DNA of 64,000 bases from an uncultured Gemmatimonadales bacterium (GTDB lineage: Bacteria > Gemmatimonadota > Gemmatimonadetes > Longimicrobiales > RSA9): contig CAVUKA010000006.1 in assembly GCA_963741945.1 (NCBI GenBank), positions 1-64,000 on the forward strand. Reading direction: 5' to 3'. Below are positions 27,813-38,033 of the stretch, piece by piece (position 1 is the first letter of the stretch; every line of letters starts with the position of its first letter). The notes beneath the pieces are model-generated. The model did no database searches. It was given only the letters and a program-made list of their open reading frames with translations, and had not been told where the DNA came from. Made by a program: the position numbers and the translations under genes.

Positions 27813-29479
27813 ATGACCCGCGCCCTCAAGGACCTGAAGCCCGCGCTCGCCCCGGCGCTCCTGGGGGCGCGTCCTCCGCTCACGCGCTGGGTGCCCGCCC
27901 TCGCCCTGGCGGTGCTGGCGGGGCACGTCCTGGTGAACGTGATCAGCCCGTACGAGCTGCACCGGGACGCGTTCCTCTATCTGGCCATGGGGCGGCACCT
28001 GCGCTTCTGGCGCATGGACTTCCCGCCGCTCATCGGCGTGATCGCGCAGGTCGAGCGGGGCATCCTGGGCGACTCGCTGGTGGCGATCCGGCTCTCCTCC
28101 GCGCTGTCGCACGCCGCGCTCGTGATCCTGGCCGGGTTGATGGCGAGAGAGCTGAGGGGCGGGCGCTTCGCGCAGGGGCTGGCGGCGCTCGTCGTCGTTC
28201 TGATCCCGCTCTTCCTCCGGCCGGGCGCCCTCTTCGAACCGGTGACGCTGGACCAGCTCTGGTGGACTGTGGGGCTGTACGCCCTGGCCCGGATGGCGCG
28301 CAGGGCCCCGGGCGATGCCGCGCGGGAGTGGCTGCTCCTCGGCGCGGTGTGCGGCCTCGGGCTGCTGACCAAGTTCAGCATCCTCTTCTTCGGGCTCTCG
28401 GTGCTCGTCGCGACGCTGCTGTCGGACCGGCGACGCGACCTTGCGACGCCCTGGCCATGGCTCGCCGGCGCGCTGGCGCTGGCCATCGGGTCTCCGAGCG
28501 TCGTCGGGCAGATCCTGCTCGGGTGGCCCGTGCTCGGTCAGATGGACGACCTCCAGTCCGGTCAACTCGAGCGGGTCACGTACGCCATGTTCCTCCGGGA
28601 GCAGGCCGTCATGCTCGGACCCTGGGTCGCCCTGGCCGCCGTGGGGCTGGTGACGCTCTTCGGCCGGCGATTCCGACCATTCCGCGTGGTCGGCTTCGCC
28701 TGCCTCGTCGTCTTCCTCCTGCTCATGGCGCTGCACGGCAAGCCGTACTACGTCGGCCCCATCTACCCGGCGCTGCTGGCGGCCGGGTCCGTGGCGCTGG
28801 AGCGCTGGACGCGGACGCGGAGGTGGCCACGCGGGGAAGCCGCGCCGGAGCGCTCCACGGCGGGAACGCTGGGGCGACCGGCCACCGCCCGCTCCGTCGT
28901 TCCGGCGTGGGGGCGCCGGGTGCGGGCCGGAACTGTCGCGGTGGCCATCCTCGTGGGCATCGTCCTGGTGCCCATGGGGCTGCCGATCCTCCCGGCCGCC
29001 ACCATGGCCAGATACGCCCGCGCGATGGGGATCACGTCGCTCGTGACCACCAACCACGGGGTCGTGCTTCCGCTGCCGCAGGACTACGCGGACATGACCG
29101 GCTGGGAAGCGTTCGCCGACACCGTGGCCCGGGTCTGGCGCTCGCTCCCGCCGGAGGATCGGGCGGAGGCGGTGCTCATCGCGAACAACTACGGCGAGGC
29201 GGGCGCGCTGGACTACTACGGTCCCGAGCGCGGGCTCCCGCCCGCCATCGCGCCGGTGGGATCGTACTGGTTCTTCGGAGCGGGCGAGAAGCCGGCGAAC
29301 GTGGCGTGATCGTGGGCGGCGGCGAGGGAAACGCGGAGTTCTTGGCCGCGGTCCGGGTGGCCGCCGTGATGAACGAGCCGTGGGCGGTGCCAGAGGAGCG
29401 GGGCGTCTGCATCTGGGTGGCGCGTGGCCCGTTCCGCCCCGTCCAGACCGTGTGGCCGCAGTTCGAGGCGAGGAACTGA
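27813..29479 (+). CDS. Glycosyltransferase family 39 (PMT/ArnT-like) membrane protein; frameshift near 29309
   Basis: 'YELHRDAFLYL','DFPPL','GLLTKFS','LPQDYADMTGW','NYGEAGAL'. Confidence 0.8.
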
Positions 29480-29514
29480 GGGTCATCCACCGGGCGGACC
29501 GTCTCCCGGAATCG

Positions 29515-29552
29515 AAAAGCCCGGGGCGACAGGCGTGTGTCGCCCCGGGCTT
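29515..29552 (-). terminator. Intrinsic terminator-like hairpin
   Basis: AAGCCCGGGGCGACA/TGTCGCCCCGGGCTT 15-bp stem; T-run on the minus strand. Confidence 0.65.
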
Positions 29553-30318
29553 CTCGCTCGCCGGGTGGCATCGGCTACCTCCTCGACCCGGTTCCCTCCG
29601 GCGGAGACTCCTGGGTCGCGGGGGAGTCCCGCCGTCGCGTGCGACGCGCCGTCGCTGCCCGTCCCTGCCCTCGGAGAGGGCCGTGGGTCCGGCTCTCGTG
29701 GGCCGGAGCACCGTCCCTGGGGGCGCATCCTGCGGCCCGCGTCCACACCCGTGCTGCTATCGTGACACGGGTGCGGTCCCCAGCACAAGGACTTTCTTGC
29801 CCGCGCTCTCCCCACGCCGATGGCCGGCGCTGACAGCGGCACGGGGCGGCTCCCGGGGGAATGAAACGATGTTCATGACACCGGTCGCGGAGTCACCCGC
29901 GTGAAAAAGGAAACCTGCCCGACCCGAGGGCCGGACAGGTCCCTGGAGCGGCGGCAGGGCCGGGACCCCCCGCACAACTCCGTGTGCCGTCGCAACCCGT
30001 CCCCTCGAGGACCTCCCAATTCGGCCGCGCCCGGCGTGCCATCCATTACTGCAAGGATCGGGAGCGCGGGCGCGGGTGGGCATATGTCGTTGTGCGACGC
30101 GATCTTCGTCTGTGATGGCCCGGTCGGGTGGCGCGCGCCGGCGTATCGATTCGGTACACAGCGTCGTCCCGCGGCGGCGCACCGGTGGGTTCCCGAGCGT
30201 CCCCACGGGGGCATGTAAAGTCATGCCATCCAATGGATTGTCCGCTCGGGCCGGCGCTGGCGCGGTGCGTGTAGTAAGCACCATGCGGCAGACACGTCGA
30301 TTCCTCGGCCCGGCAATC

Positions 30319-31362
30319 ATGCTCATCAGCGACGACGCGATCTTTGGCTCTACGATCCTCGCGGTAGACGACGATCCGCAGTCGTTGCGCCTGATCGCCG
30401 CCCTGCTGGAGGACGAGGGCTTCGAGAACGTGGTGACGACCTCGGATCCCGGCGAGGTGCTGAAGCTGTTCGCGCGTCGGCAGCCCGACCTGCTGATCCT
30501 GGACCTGCACATGCCGGGTCGGAACGGGCTGGAAGTGATGGACGACCTGCGGCCGTGGATCGGGGTCAACGGCTTCCTCCCGGTGGTGATGCTGACGGGC
30601 GACTCGGCCCGGGGCGCGCGGCAGGAAGCGTTGAAGCGGGGCGCCATGGACTTCCTGACGAAGCCGTTCGACGCCACGGAAGTGTCGCTTCGGATCCGGA
30701 ACCTGCTGGCCACGCGGCACATGCACATGCGGATCGAGAGCCAGAACCACCTGCTGGAGCGCCTGGTCTCGGAGCGCACGTCGGAGCTGGAGGAGGCAAG
30801 GCTGGAGATCCTGGACCGGCTGGCGCGGGCTGCCGAGTTCCGGGACGACGACACGGGGGAGCACACGCGCCGCGTGGGCGAGCTCGCGCAGGCGATCGCG
30901 CGGGTGCTGGGGTTCAACGAGGAAGAAGCGGACCTGCTCCGCAGGGCCGCGCCGCTCCACGACCTGGGGAAGATCGGGATCCCGGACGCGGTGCTGCTGA
31001 AGCCGGGGCGACTGTCGGACCGGGAGTACCGCGTCATGCGCGGTCACACGCTCATCGGCGCGCAGATCCTGTCGGGGAGCGACGTGCCGCTGCTCCACAC
31101 GTCGTCTGCGATTGCGCTGACGCATCACGAGCGCTGGGACGGGCGTGGCTACCCGGAGGGGATGCACGGAACGGACATCCCGCTGGTGGGGCGGATCGTC
31201 GCCGTGGCGGACGTATTCGATGCCCTCACGCACGCGCGGCCGTACAAGGAGAAGTGGCCGGTGGAGCGCGCCATCGACGAGCTGCGGGCGCAGGCGGGCG
31301 CGCAGTTCGACCCGGCCGTCGTGGAGGCCTTCATGTACCACTTCAGCCGGAACGGCGTGTAA
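30319..31362 (+). CDS. REC + HD-GYP c-di-GMP phosphodiesterase (RpfG-like)
   Basis: REC 'AVDDD..LDLHMP..LTKP'; 'LHDLGKIG','[11 protein letters not shown]'. Confidence 0.92.
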   Translation: MLISDDAIFGSTILAVDDDPQSLRLIAALLEDEGFENVVTTSDPGEVLKLFARRQPDLLILDLHMPGRNGLEVMDDLRPWIGVNGFLPVVMLTGDSARGARQEALKRGAMDFLTKPFDATEVSLRIRNLLATRHMHMRIESQNHLLERLVSERTSELEEARLEILDRLARAAEFRDDDTGEHTRRVGELAQAIARVLGFNEEEADLLRRAAPLHDLGKIGIPDAVLLKPGRLSDREYRVMRGHTLIGAQILSGSDVPLLHTSSAIALTHHERWDGRGYPEGMHGTDIPLVGRIVAVADVFDALTHARPYKEKWPVERAIDELRAQAGAQFDPAVVEAFMYHFSRNGV

Positions 31363-31383
31363 GCCGCGCCAGGGAGTCTACGC

Positions 31384-33738
31384 ATGACGCTGTTCAAATG
31401 GATGCGCAACGCCCTGTCCGGGGACCCGCCCACGCCGCAGGAGGACCCGGCGGCGGACGTGATCGACCGGCTCGACCGGCTGCAGGAGCAGCCGATGGAG
31501 TGGAGCGGGATTCCGCGCGCGGTGGCGGAGCTGGCCGCGCCCGCGCTGTGCGACTGGTGTCTGGTCACGCTGGAAGTGGGCGAGGACGGCGAGCGCGGCA
31601 CGACGCAGCGCCTGGTCGCCCACCCGTCGCCGGAGCACCGTGAGGTCCTGGAGCGGGCGCTCCAGCGGAACCCTCTGGAGCTGAGCCAGCGGCACCTGCA
31701 CGGCATGGTGGACGAAGTGCTCGCCACCGGACGTCCCCGCACCATCCGGCCCACGCGGGACTGGAGCCTCCGCTATTACGGCGCGAACCCATCGGAGCGC
31801 TACACGCTCGAGCAGCTCGATCCCCGGTGGATCGTCTCGTTCCCGCTGGCCAGCCGCGGCTCCACCATCGGGGCGATCACCTTCGTCCTCGTCGCGGACT
31901 CCATGGAGCACGCGGGGCAGGCCATGCGGTCGCGCTTCGCGGGGCGCGCCGGTCTGATCCTCGACTACGCCCGCAACATCGACCAGCTGGAGCACGCCCG
32001 CGACGACCTCCGGCAGGTCACCCACCGTGTCTACTCCATCCTCGACCGCGACTTCAGCGCCGTCGCCACGGTCGACCGGCACTGGCAGCTGACCTACCTG
32101 AACCGCTCCGCCGAGGAGCTGCTCGGGCTCAAGCGCGACCGCGACACCGGCCGCAGCATGCTCCAGGCGCTGCCGCCCAAAGCGATGGAGTCGCCGCTCT
32201 GGGACCTCTCCCTGCGCGCGCTGAACCACGGCCAGGGCGGTGCCAGCCGCTTCGTCGAGTCGTGGTCGGGCGAGAACCGGTGGGTGGAAGTCCGGGCGCA
32301 CCCCCTCGGCGGCGGCGGCGCCGCGCTCTACGTCCGGGACATCACGGACGAGAAGGAGCGCGAGGAGCGGCTGAAGCGCCACGAGGAGGAAATGCGGGAG
32401 GCGCAGAAGCTGGAGTCGATCGGCAGGCTGGCGGGCGGCGTCGCCCACGACTTCAACAACATCCTCATGGCCATCAACGGCCACACCGAGCTGGCGCTGC
32501 GCAAGATCGAGGAAGGGCACCCGAGCCGCGACTCCCTGGAAGAGGTGCGGCAGTCCGCCCAGCGCGCCGCCCGCCTCACCCGGCAGCTCCTGACCTACAG
32601 CCGGAAGAGCACGCAGCAGCGACGCGCCGTGGACTTCGCCGCCATCGTCGCCGCCCTCGAGTCCAGTCTGCTCCGGCTGGTGGGTGAAGACGTCCACCTG
32701 ATCGTCCGTGCGGCACCGGACGTCCCGCCCGTCCTGGCCGACCCCAACCAGCTCGAGCAGATCGTCCTCAACCTCGCCGTCAACGCACGCGACGCCATGC
32801 CCCGCGGCGGCACGATCCAGATCGACATCGAGCGACGCAGCCGCATCGAGCAGGACGTGGACGCGCCGGTGGACACTCCGCCGGACGGGTGGGTCCTGTT
32901 CTCCGTCCGTGACAGCGGCACGGGCATCCCCGCCGATGTCATGCCCCACATATTCGAGCCCTTCTTCACCACCAAGTCCGACCGCACCGGGACCGGGCTC
33001 GGCCTCTCCACCGTCCAGGGGATCGTCCGCCAGCATGGCGGCGCCATCTCCGTCCAGAGCGTCGAAGGCCGCGGCTCGACCATGTGCATCTACCTTCCCG
33101 CCTGCGCACGCACCCTCGCCGCGGCGCGGAACGCCACGGGGCAGACCGCCGCGTCCGCCCCCATGGGACTCCACGCCTCGCTGCCGCCGATTCCTCCCGG
33201 GCCGGAAGCAGGGACGCCCGACACCGGCGCGGCGGAAGCCCACGGCGCCCGCGCGGGGAACGGCGCGAAGAAGGCGGCCGGGGCGGGCTCGGGCCGGTCG
33301 AAGCCGGCGAGCCGGACGGCGAAGGCGGCCGCCGCGGAGCGCCGGGCGACGATCCTGGTCGCCGAAGACGAAGCGCAGGTCCGACAGTTCATCGCCGCCA
33401 CCCTGGAGGACGAGGGCTACCGTGTGATCCCCGCGAGCAACGGGGCCGAGGCGCTCGCGGTCATGAAGCGCCATGATGGCCCCGTGGACCTCCTGCTCAC
33501 GGACGTGGTCATGCCGTTCATGGGCGGCCCCGAGCTCTCCATCCGCCTCACGAAGCTCGACGACCGCCTCAGGGTGGTCTACATGTCCGGGTACGCGGAG
33601 AACGTCCTCAACCAGAACGGCGACATCCCCTCTGGCGTGGTGCTCCTCGACAAGCCGTTCACCGCCAGCCGGCTCATCGAGGTCATCGACGACGTGCTGG
33701 CCGGTCGGGTCACCGCCGCACCCTGCCTCATCGGCTGA
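31384..33738 (+). CDS. Hybrid sensor histidine kinase (PAS-HisKA-HATPase-REC)
   Basis: 'GGVAHDFNN','NLAVNARDAM','FEPFFTTK..GTGLGLS', C-terminal REC 'LTDVVMP'. Confidence 0.93.
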   Translation: MTLFKWMRNALSGDPPTPQEDPAADVIDRLDRLQEQPMEWSGIPRAVAELAAPALCDWCLVTLEVGEDGERGTTQRLVAHPSPEHREVLERALQRNPLELSQRHLHGMVDEVLATGRPRTIRPTRDWSLRYYGANPSERYTLEQLDPRWIVSFPLASRGSTIGAITFVLVADSMEHAGQAMRSRFAGRAGLILDYARNIDQLEHARDDLRQVTHRVYSILDRDFSAVATVDRHWQLTYLNRSAEELLGLKRDRDTGRSMLQALPPKAMESPLWDLSLRALNHGQGGASRFVESWSGENRWVEVRAHPLGGGGAALYVRDITDEKEREERLKRHEEEMREAQKLESIGRLAGGVAHDFNNILMAINGHTELALRKIEEGHPSRDSLEEVRQSAQRAARLTRQLLTYSRKSTQQRRAVDFAAIVAALESSLLRLVGEDVHLIVRAAPDVPPVLADPNQLEQIVLNLAVNARDAMPRGGTIQIDIERRSRIEQDVDAPVDTPPDGWVLFSVRDSGTGIPADVMPHIFEPFFTTKSDRTGTGLGLSTVQGIVRQHGGAISVQSVEGRGSTMCIYLPACARTLAAARNATGQTAASAPMGLHASLPPIPPGPEAGTPDTGAAEAHGARAGNGAKKAAGAGSGRSKPASRTAKAAAAERRATILVAEDEAQVRQFIAATLEDEGYRVIPASNGAEALAVMKRHDGPVDLLLTDVVMPFMGGPELSIRLTKLDDRLRVVYMSGYAENVLNQNGDIPSGVVLLDKPFTASRLIEVIDDVLAGRVTAAPCLIG

Positions 33739-33898
33739 GTCCACGCCGACGGTGCCGCAGTAAAGGGGTGTGACACCGGCGCTCCGCCCGGCCCCCGCCC
33801 ATCTACTGGACGGGGCCCGCGCGGTGGCATACCGTGAAGCGCGGAGCGGGATGGCGGCTGAAGAGCTGCCGGTTCACCGACACACGCGGGGGTGCGCG

Positions 33899-35236
33899 AT
33901 GGGTGGCAGCGAGAGCGGGGACCGCCGGGCCGCGGCGCTGGGCATCATGGCCCTCGTGGCAGCGCTGGCGGTCTCGCCGGCGTCATCGCAGGACGCGCTC
34001 CCCGCGTCGCCCGCAGCCGAGCCGGTGGTCCACGCGCTGCTCTTCTATTCGCCGGGCTGCCCGCACTGCCGGGAAGTGATCGAGGACCATCTCCCGGGGA
34101 TCGTGCAGCGGTACGGTGACCGGCTGCGTATTGCGGCCGTGGACGTGACCACTCCCGGCGGCCAGTCCCTGTATGAGGCCACCGTCCTGCACTTCAACCT
34201 GCCGCGTCAGCGGATCGGCGTCCCGACCATGGTGGTGGGCTCCACTGTGCTCGTCGGCTCGCTCGAGATCCCCACCACGCTCCCCGCTCTCGTGGAGCAG
34301 GGGCTGGCAAACGGTGGTGTGGACTGGCCGCAGGTGGCCCTGGTCCGAGAAGCGCTCGCGGCTGAAACCGCCCCGGCCCCCGCGCCCCCCGCCACGGCCC
34401 CGCCGTCCGAGACCGCGCGGGCGGCCTCCCCGCCGGCGACGGTGGCCGTGGACCCGGCCCCGGACCGGGCACGGCCAGCGCCAGCCCCAGCCACCGCAAG
34501 AGAGACGGCGGCCGAAACGCCGCCCGGGCCGGCCGTCGAGACGGGTCCCGAAACGCCTCGCGAGTCGGCCGTCGAGATGGCTCCCGAAACGCCGCTCGAG
34601 GCGGCTGTCGAAACGCTTCCCGGGCCCGCGACACGAGGAGTGACCACGCTGGAATCGGCCGCGCACGCGGCCGTGCCGGCGCTCTCGCTGAGCGCCCGCT
34701 TCCTCCAGGACCCGGTCGGGAACTCCGCGGCCGTGATCACGCTGCTCCTTCTCGTGGCGGCGCTGGCGGTGGGCGCGTCCCCGCTCTTCGGCCGGACCGC
34801 CACGCTCCCCCCGCTTCCCCGCTGGGTGACGCCCGTCCTGGCCGCCGCTGGAATGGCCGTGGCCGCGTACCTGGCGTTCGTGGAAGTGACGGGCGCGGAA
34901 GCGGTGTGCGGCCCGGTGGGCGACTGCAACACGGTGCAGCAGAGCGAGTTCGCCCGGCTCTTCGGCGTGCCCATCGGCGTTCTCGGGATGGCCGCCTACG
35001 CCGCGCTCCTCCTCGGCTGGACCGCGGGCGAAGTCTCCAGCGGGCCCTGGAACCGGATGGCACCGCTCGCGCTCTGGGGAATGGCGCTGCTGGCCACGCT
35101 CTTCTCCACCTACCTCACGTTCCTCGAGCCGTTCGTCATCGGCGCCACCTGCGCCTGGTGCCTCTCATCCGCGCTGATCGCCGGATCCATCCTGCTGGCG
35201 ACCACCGGTCGGGTGCCGGCGCGGGCGCGGGTCTGA
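33899..35236 (+). CDS. Thioredoxin-like (CPHC) + VKOR fusion protein
   Basis: Signal peptide, 'FYSPGCPHC', Pro/Ala linker with 36-bp repeats, VKOR 'CGPVGDCNTVQQS' and 'CAWC'. Confidence 0.85.
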   Translation: MGGSESGDRRAAALGIMALVAALAVSPASSQDALPASPAAEPVVHALLFYSPGCPHCREVIEDHLPGIVQRYGDRLRIAAVDVTTPGGQSLYEATVLHFNLPRQRIGVPTMVVGSTVLVGSLEIPTTLPALVEQGLANGGVDWPQVALVREALAAETAPAPAPPATAPPSETARAASPPATVAVDPAPDRARPAPAPATARETAAETPPGPAVETGPETPRESAVEMAPETPLEAAVETLPGPATRGVTTLESAAHAAVPALSLSARFLQDPVGNSAAVITLLLLVAALAVGASPLFGRTATLPPLPRWVTPVLAAAGMAVAAYLAFVEVTGAEAVCGPVGDCNTVQQSEFARLFGVPIGVLGMAAYAALLLGWTAGEVSSGPWNRMAPLALWGMALLATLFSTYLTFLEPFVIGATCAWCLSSALIAGSILLATTGRVPARARV

Positions 35237-35247
35237 CCCCGGCGGGG

Positions 35248-35742
35248 TCAGGCTGTCGCCCGCTCCTCGGCCGCGCCTCCGGATCGGCGCCCGGCGGCCT
35301 CGACGGCGTCCAGGATCTTGGTATAGCCCGTGCACCGGCACAGGTTGCCCGACAGCGCTGCCCGGATCTCGTCGCGGGTCGGGGAGGTGGCGCGCTGCAG
35401 GAGCGCCACGGCGGACATGAGGATGCCGGGCGTGCAGAAGCCGCACTGGGCCGCGCCGTGCTCCGCGAACGCCTGCTGGAGCGGGTGCAGCCCTTCCGGC
35501 CCCGCGAGCCCCTCCACGGTCGTCACATCGCGGCCTTCCGCTTCCAGCGCGGGCGTGATGCACGAGAGCGTGGGCCGGCCATCCATCAGGATGGTGCAGG
35601 CGCCGCAGTCGCCTTTGTCGCACCCCTGCTTCGACCCGGTGAGGCCGAGGCCGTAGCGGAGCGCTTCCAGGAGAGTCCAGTGCGACGGGACGCCGATCTC
35701 GCGATGGTCGCCGTTCACGCGCACGGTCAGGAGGGAAAACAT
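35248..35742 (-). CDS. (2Fe-2S)-binding small subunit (CoxS-type)
   Basis: 'GCDKGDCGACT','QCGFCTPG','GNLCRCTGY'. Confidence 0.92.
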   Translation of the reverse strand: MFSLLTVRVNGDHREIGVPSHWTLLEALRYGLGLTGSKQGCDKGDCGACTILMDGRPTLSCITPALEAEGRDVTTVEGLAGPEGLHPLQQAFAEHGAAQCGFCTPGILMSAVALLQRATSPTRDEIRAALSGNLCRCTGYTKILDAVEAAGRRSGGAAEERATA

Positions 35743-35891
35743 GGGGTAACACTACCCGGGCATCGCGTCGAGGGTCAAGGCGGCCTCTCCCACCGCCGCG
35801 CGAAGAGCCCGGCAGGGCCGCGTGTTTGACGGCCGTCCGGTCACCCGGGCATCTTCCGGCCCAACCAGGGGGTGTTGATGGGAAATCAGGG

Positions 35892-36515
35892 ATGACCACG
35901 GAAGTCGCGGGCGTGGTGCTCGCCGCAGGCCGATCCAGGCGGATGGGCCATCCGAAAGCGCTGCTGCACGTGGGCGGCCGCACGTTCATCACGGCGGCGG
36001 TGGAAGCATTGCGCGCCGGCGGGTGCGCGGCCGTCGTGGCCGTGGTCGGTGGCGCGGGGCAGGGCGGCTGGACCGCGTTTCCGTGGAGCCGGCAGGTGGA
36101 GGAGGCGGCGGAGGCGGCTGGCGCGATCGTCGTCGTGAACGGGCTGCCGGAGTCGCAGCAGATCCAGTCGTTCCGCCTGGGCCTGGCGCTGCTGCCGCCC
36201 ACGATCACCGGCGCGCTGGCGCTGCCGGTCGACCACCCGCTCGTGACCGCGGCCACGGTGCGGCGGATCCTCGAGGCGCATGAAGCCGACGACGCGGCCA
36301 TCCTCCGCCCTGTCCACGGCGGTCAGCCGGGGCACCCCACGCTCTTCCCGCGCTGGACCTGGGAGATGCTGGGCGATCCCACGCTGCCCGCCGGAGCCCG
36401 GTCTGTGGTGGAATCGCCGCGCACCCACACCCGGGATGTCCCCGTGGACGACCTGGGCGTGCTGGCCGACATCGACACGCCCGAAGCCTACGACGAGTGG
36501 GTGGGCAACGAATGA
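35892..36515 (+). CDS. mocA: Molybdenum cofactor cytidylyltransferase-like nucleotidyltransferase
   Basis: 'VLAAGRSRRMG.PKALL','PVDHP','GHPTLF','DIDTPEAY'; xdhC context. Confidence 0.75.
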   Translation: MTTEVAGVVLAAGRSRRMGHPKALLHVGGRTFITAAVEALRAGGCAAVVAVVGGAGQGGWTAFPWSRQVEEAAEAAGAIVVVNGLPESQQIQSFRLGLALLPPTITGALALPVDHPLVTAATVRRILEAHEADDAAILRPVHGGQPGHPTLFPRWTWEMLGDPTLPAGARSVVESPRTHTRDVPVDDLGVLADIDTPEAYDEWVGNE

Positions 36516-37363
36516 AGGGACCGGCGAGTGGATCGCGACGAATGAGGGCCCGTCGAGCGGGGGTGATCGAAGCCGCCGGTGCCGCGCTGGCCGCCCGGTC
36601 GGGCGAGGGTCCCGCCATCGCCGTGGTCTGGCGAGTCGATGGCGCTGGCGACGGCGACCGCTGGATCGTCACCGGCGACGATCCCGGTCGGGCGCTCCAC
36701 GCCCCCGGCGGCGTCGACGCTGGCGTGGATCCCGAAGCCACCGCCGCGATTGCTCTCGCCGCCGAGCTCATGGCGTCCGGCCAGGCCGTGGGCACCGCCG
36801 AGCCGGGGGACGGGTCGCGCCTGTTCGGAGAGCTGCACCGGGCCACGGCCCGCCTGCTCGTGGTGGGCGCGGGCCACATCGGTCTCGCGCTGACCCGCCT
36901 GGCCGTGACGCTCGGCTTCCACGTGGTCGTGCTGGACGACCGCGAGGAGTTCGCCAGTGAAGAGCGGTTCCCCGACGCCTCGGAAGTCCGGCGCGTCGAC
37001 TTTGCCGATCCGTTCCGCGACACACCGCCGAGCGCGTCCGACTACGTCGTCCTGGTCACGCGGGCACACCGCTACGACTACGATTGCCTGCTGCACCTCG
37101 TGGACACGGAGACGCTGCCACGCTACATCGGAATGGTGGGGAGTCGGCGCCGCGTGCGCGCTGCGTACGGCGCGCTGCTGGAATCTGGGATCCCGCGCGA
37201 GCGACTGGCGGCGATCCACGCACCCATCGGCGTGGACATCGGTGCGGAGACCCCCGAGGAGATCGCGGTCTCCATCGCCGCCGAGCTGATAGCGGCGAGG
37301 CGCGGAGTCGAGGCGCACGGGTCGCTGCGGGAGATCGAGAAGGTCGTGGCGCGATGGCTATGA
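36512..37363 (+). CDS. xdhC: XdhC family protein, Rossmann (C-terminal) part
   Basis: 'VVGAGHIG','LDDREEF','YIGMVGSRRR','APIGVDIGAETPEEIAVSI'. Confidence 0.85.
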   Translation: MKGPASGSRRMRARRAGVIEAAGAALAARSGEGPAIAVVWRVDGAGDGDRWIVTGDDPGRALHAPGGVDAGVDPEATAAIALAAELMASGQAVGTAEPGDGSRLFGELHRATARLLVVGAGHIGLALTRLAVTLGFHVVVLDDREEFASEERFPDASEVRRVDFADPFRDTPPSASDYVVLVTRAHRYDYDCLLHLVDTETLPRYIGMVGSRRRVRAAYGALLESGIPRERLAAIHAPIGVDIGAETPEEIAVSIAAELIAARRGVEAHGSLREIEKVVARWL

Positions 37364-37371
37364 CCGCACAT

Positions 37372-37661
37372 CGTGCGGAGAAGGCGCGAAGGGCGCGGAG
37401 AACGGCATCTCACGCGGAAGCGCGGAGAACGTCGAAACGGCAATCACGCGGAGGCGCGGAGAACGCGGAGGGATCGTGGGCTGCGCGGGATGAGGGCGCC
37501 ATGGAAGCTGCCGGGGCAGACCATTTTCTGTATTGTCCCTCGAGCCCCGCGGGGCGAGCGGACTATCCGGCCCACGCACCTGAGGCCCCCTTCGCGCCCT
37601 CCGCAGCTCCGCATGACCCGGTGTTCTCCGCGTGCTTCGACCGCTTCGCGCCTCCGCGGTG
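37372..37661. repeat. REP-like inverted-repeat element (CGCGGAG units / CTCCGCG units)
   Basis: Left CACGCGGAGGCGCGGAGAACGCGGAG, right GTTCTCCGCGTG..CGCGCCTCCGCG. Confidence 0.6.
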
Positions 37662-37691
37662 CCGGCGTGTTCGCGTGATCAGGAGGGCCGC

Positions 37692-38033
37692 GTGAGCGGA
37701 AGGGACCCGGACGTGACGGTGTACGCGGCGCTGCTGGCGGCGGCGGCGGCGGGGCGGCGAGTCGCGCTGGCCACGGTGGTGGAAACGCGCGGGTCGGTCC
37801 CGCGTCGGGCGGGTAGCAAGATGGTGGTGGACCCGGAGGCGGGGCTGGTGGGGACGATCGGGGGCGGGTGCGGCGAGGGGGATGTGCTGGAAGCGGCCAT
37901 GGAAGTGCTGACCAATGGTCGTCCGAGGACGGTCCTGGTTCGGCTGACGGACCCGGAGGAGTCGTGGAGCCCCGCCGTGTGCGGGGGAATCATGCACGTA
38001 TACGTGGAGCCGGTACAACCGGATGTGGCGTAG
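37692..38033 (+). CDS. XdhC/CoxI N-terminal domain protein
   Basis: 'LATVVETRGSVPRRAGSKM','GTIGGGCGE','CGG.MHVYVEP'; AGGAGG SD. Confidence 0.85.
   Translation: MSGRDPDVTVYAALLAAAAAGRRVALATVVETRGSVPRRAGSKMVVDPEAGLVGTIGGGCGEGDVLEAAMEVLTNGRPRTVLVRLTDPEESWSPAVCGGIMHVYVEPVQPDVA

Noticed and set aside
26112-29309. 1065-aa ORF
   Set aside because: Only 27813 onward is the GT39 gene; upstream is antisense and repeat sequence
29555-29660. c-di-GMP-I riboswitch
   Set aside because: The characteristic GGCAAA/GACGCAAA motifs were not found
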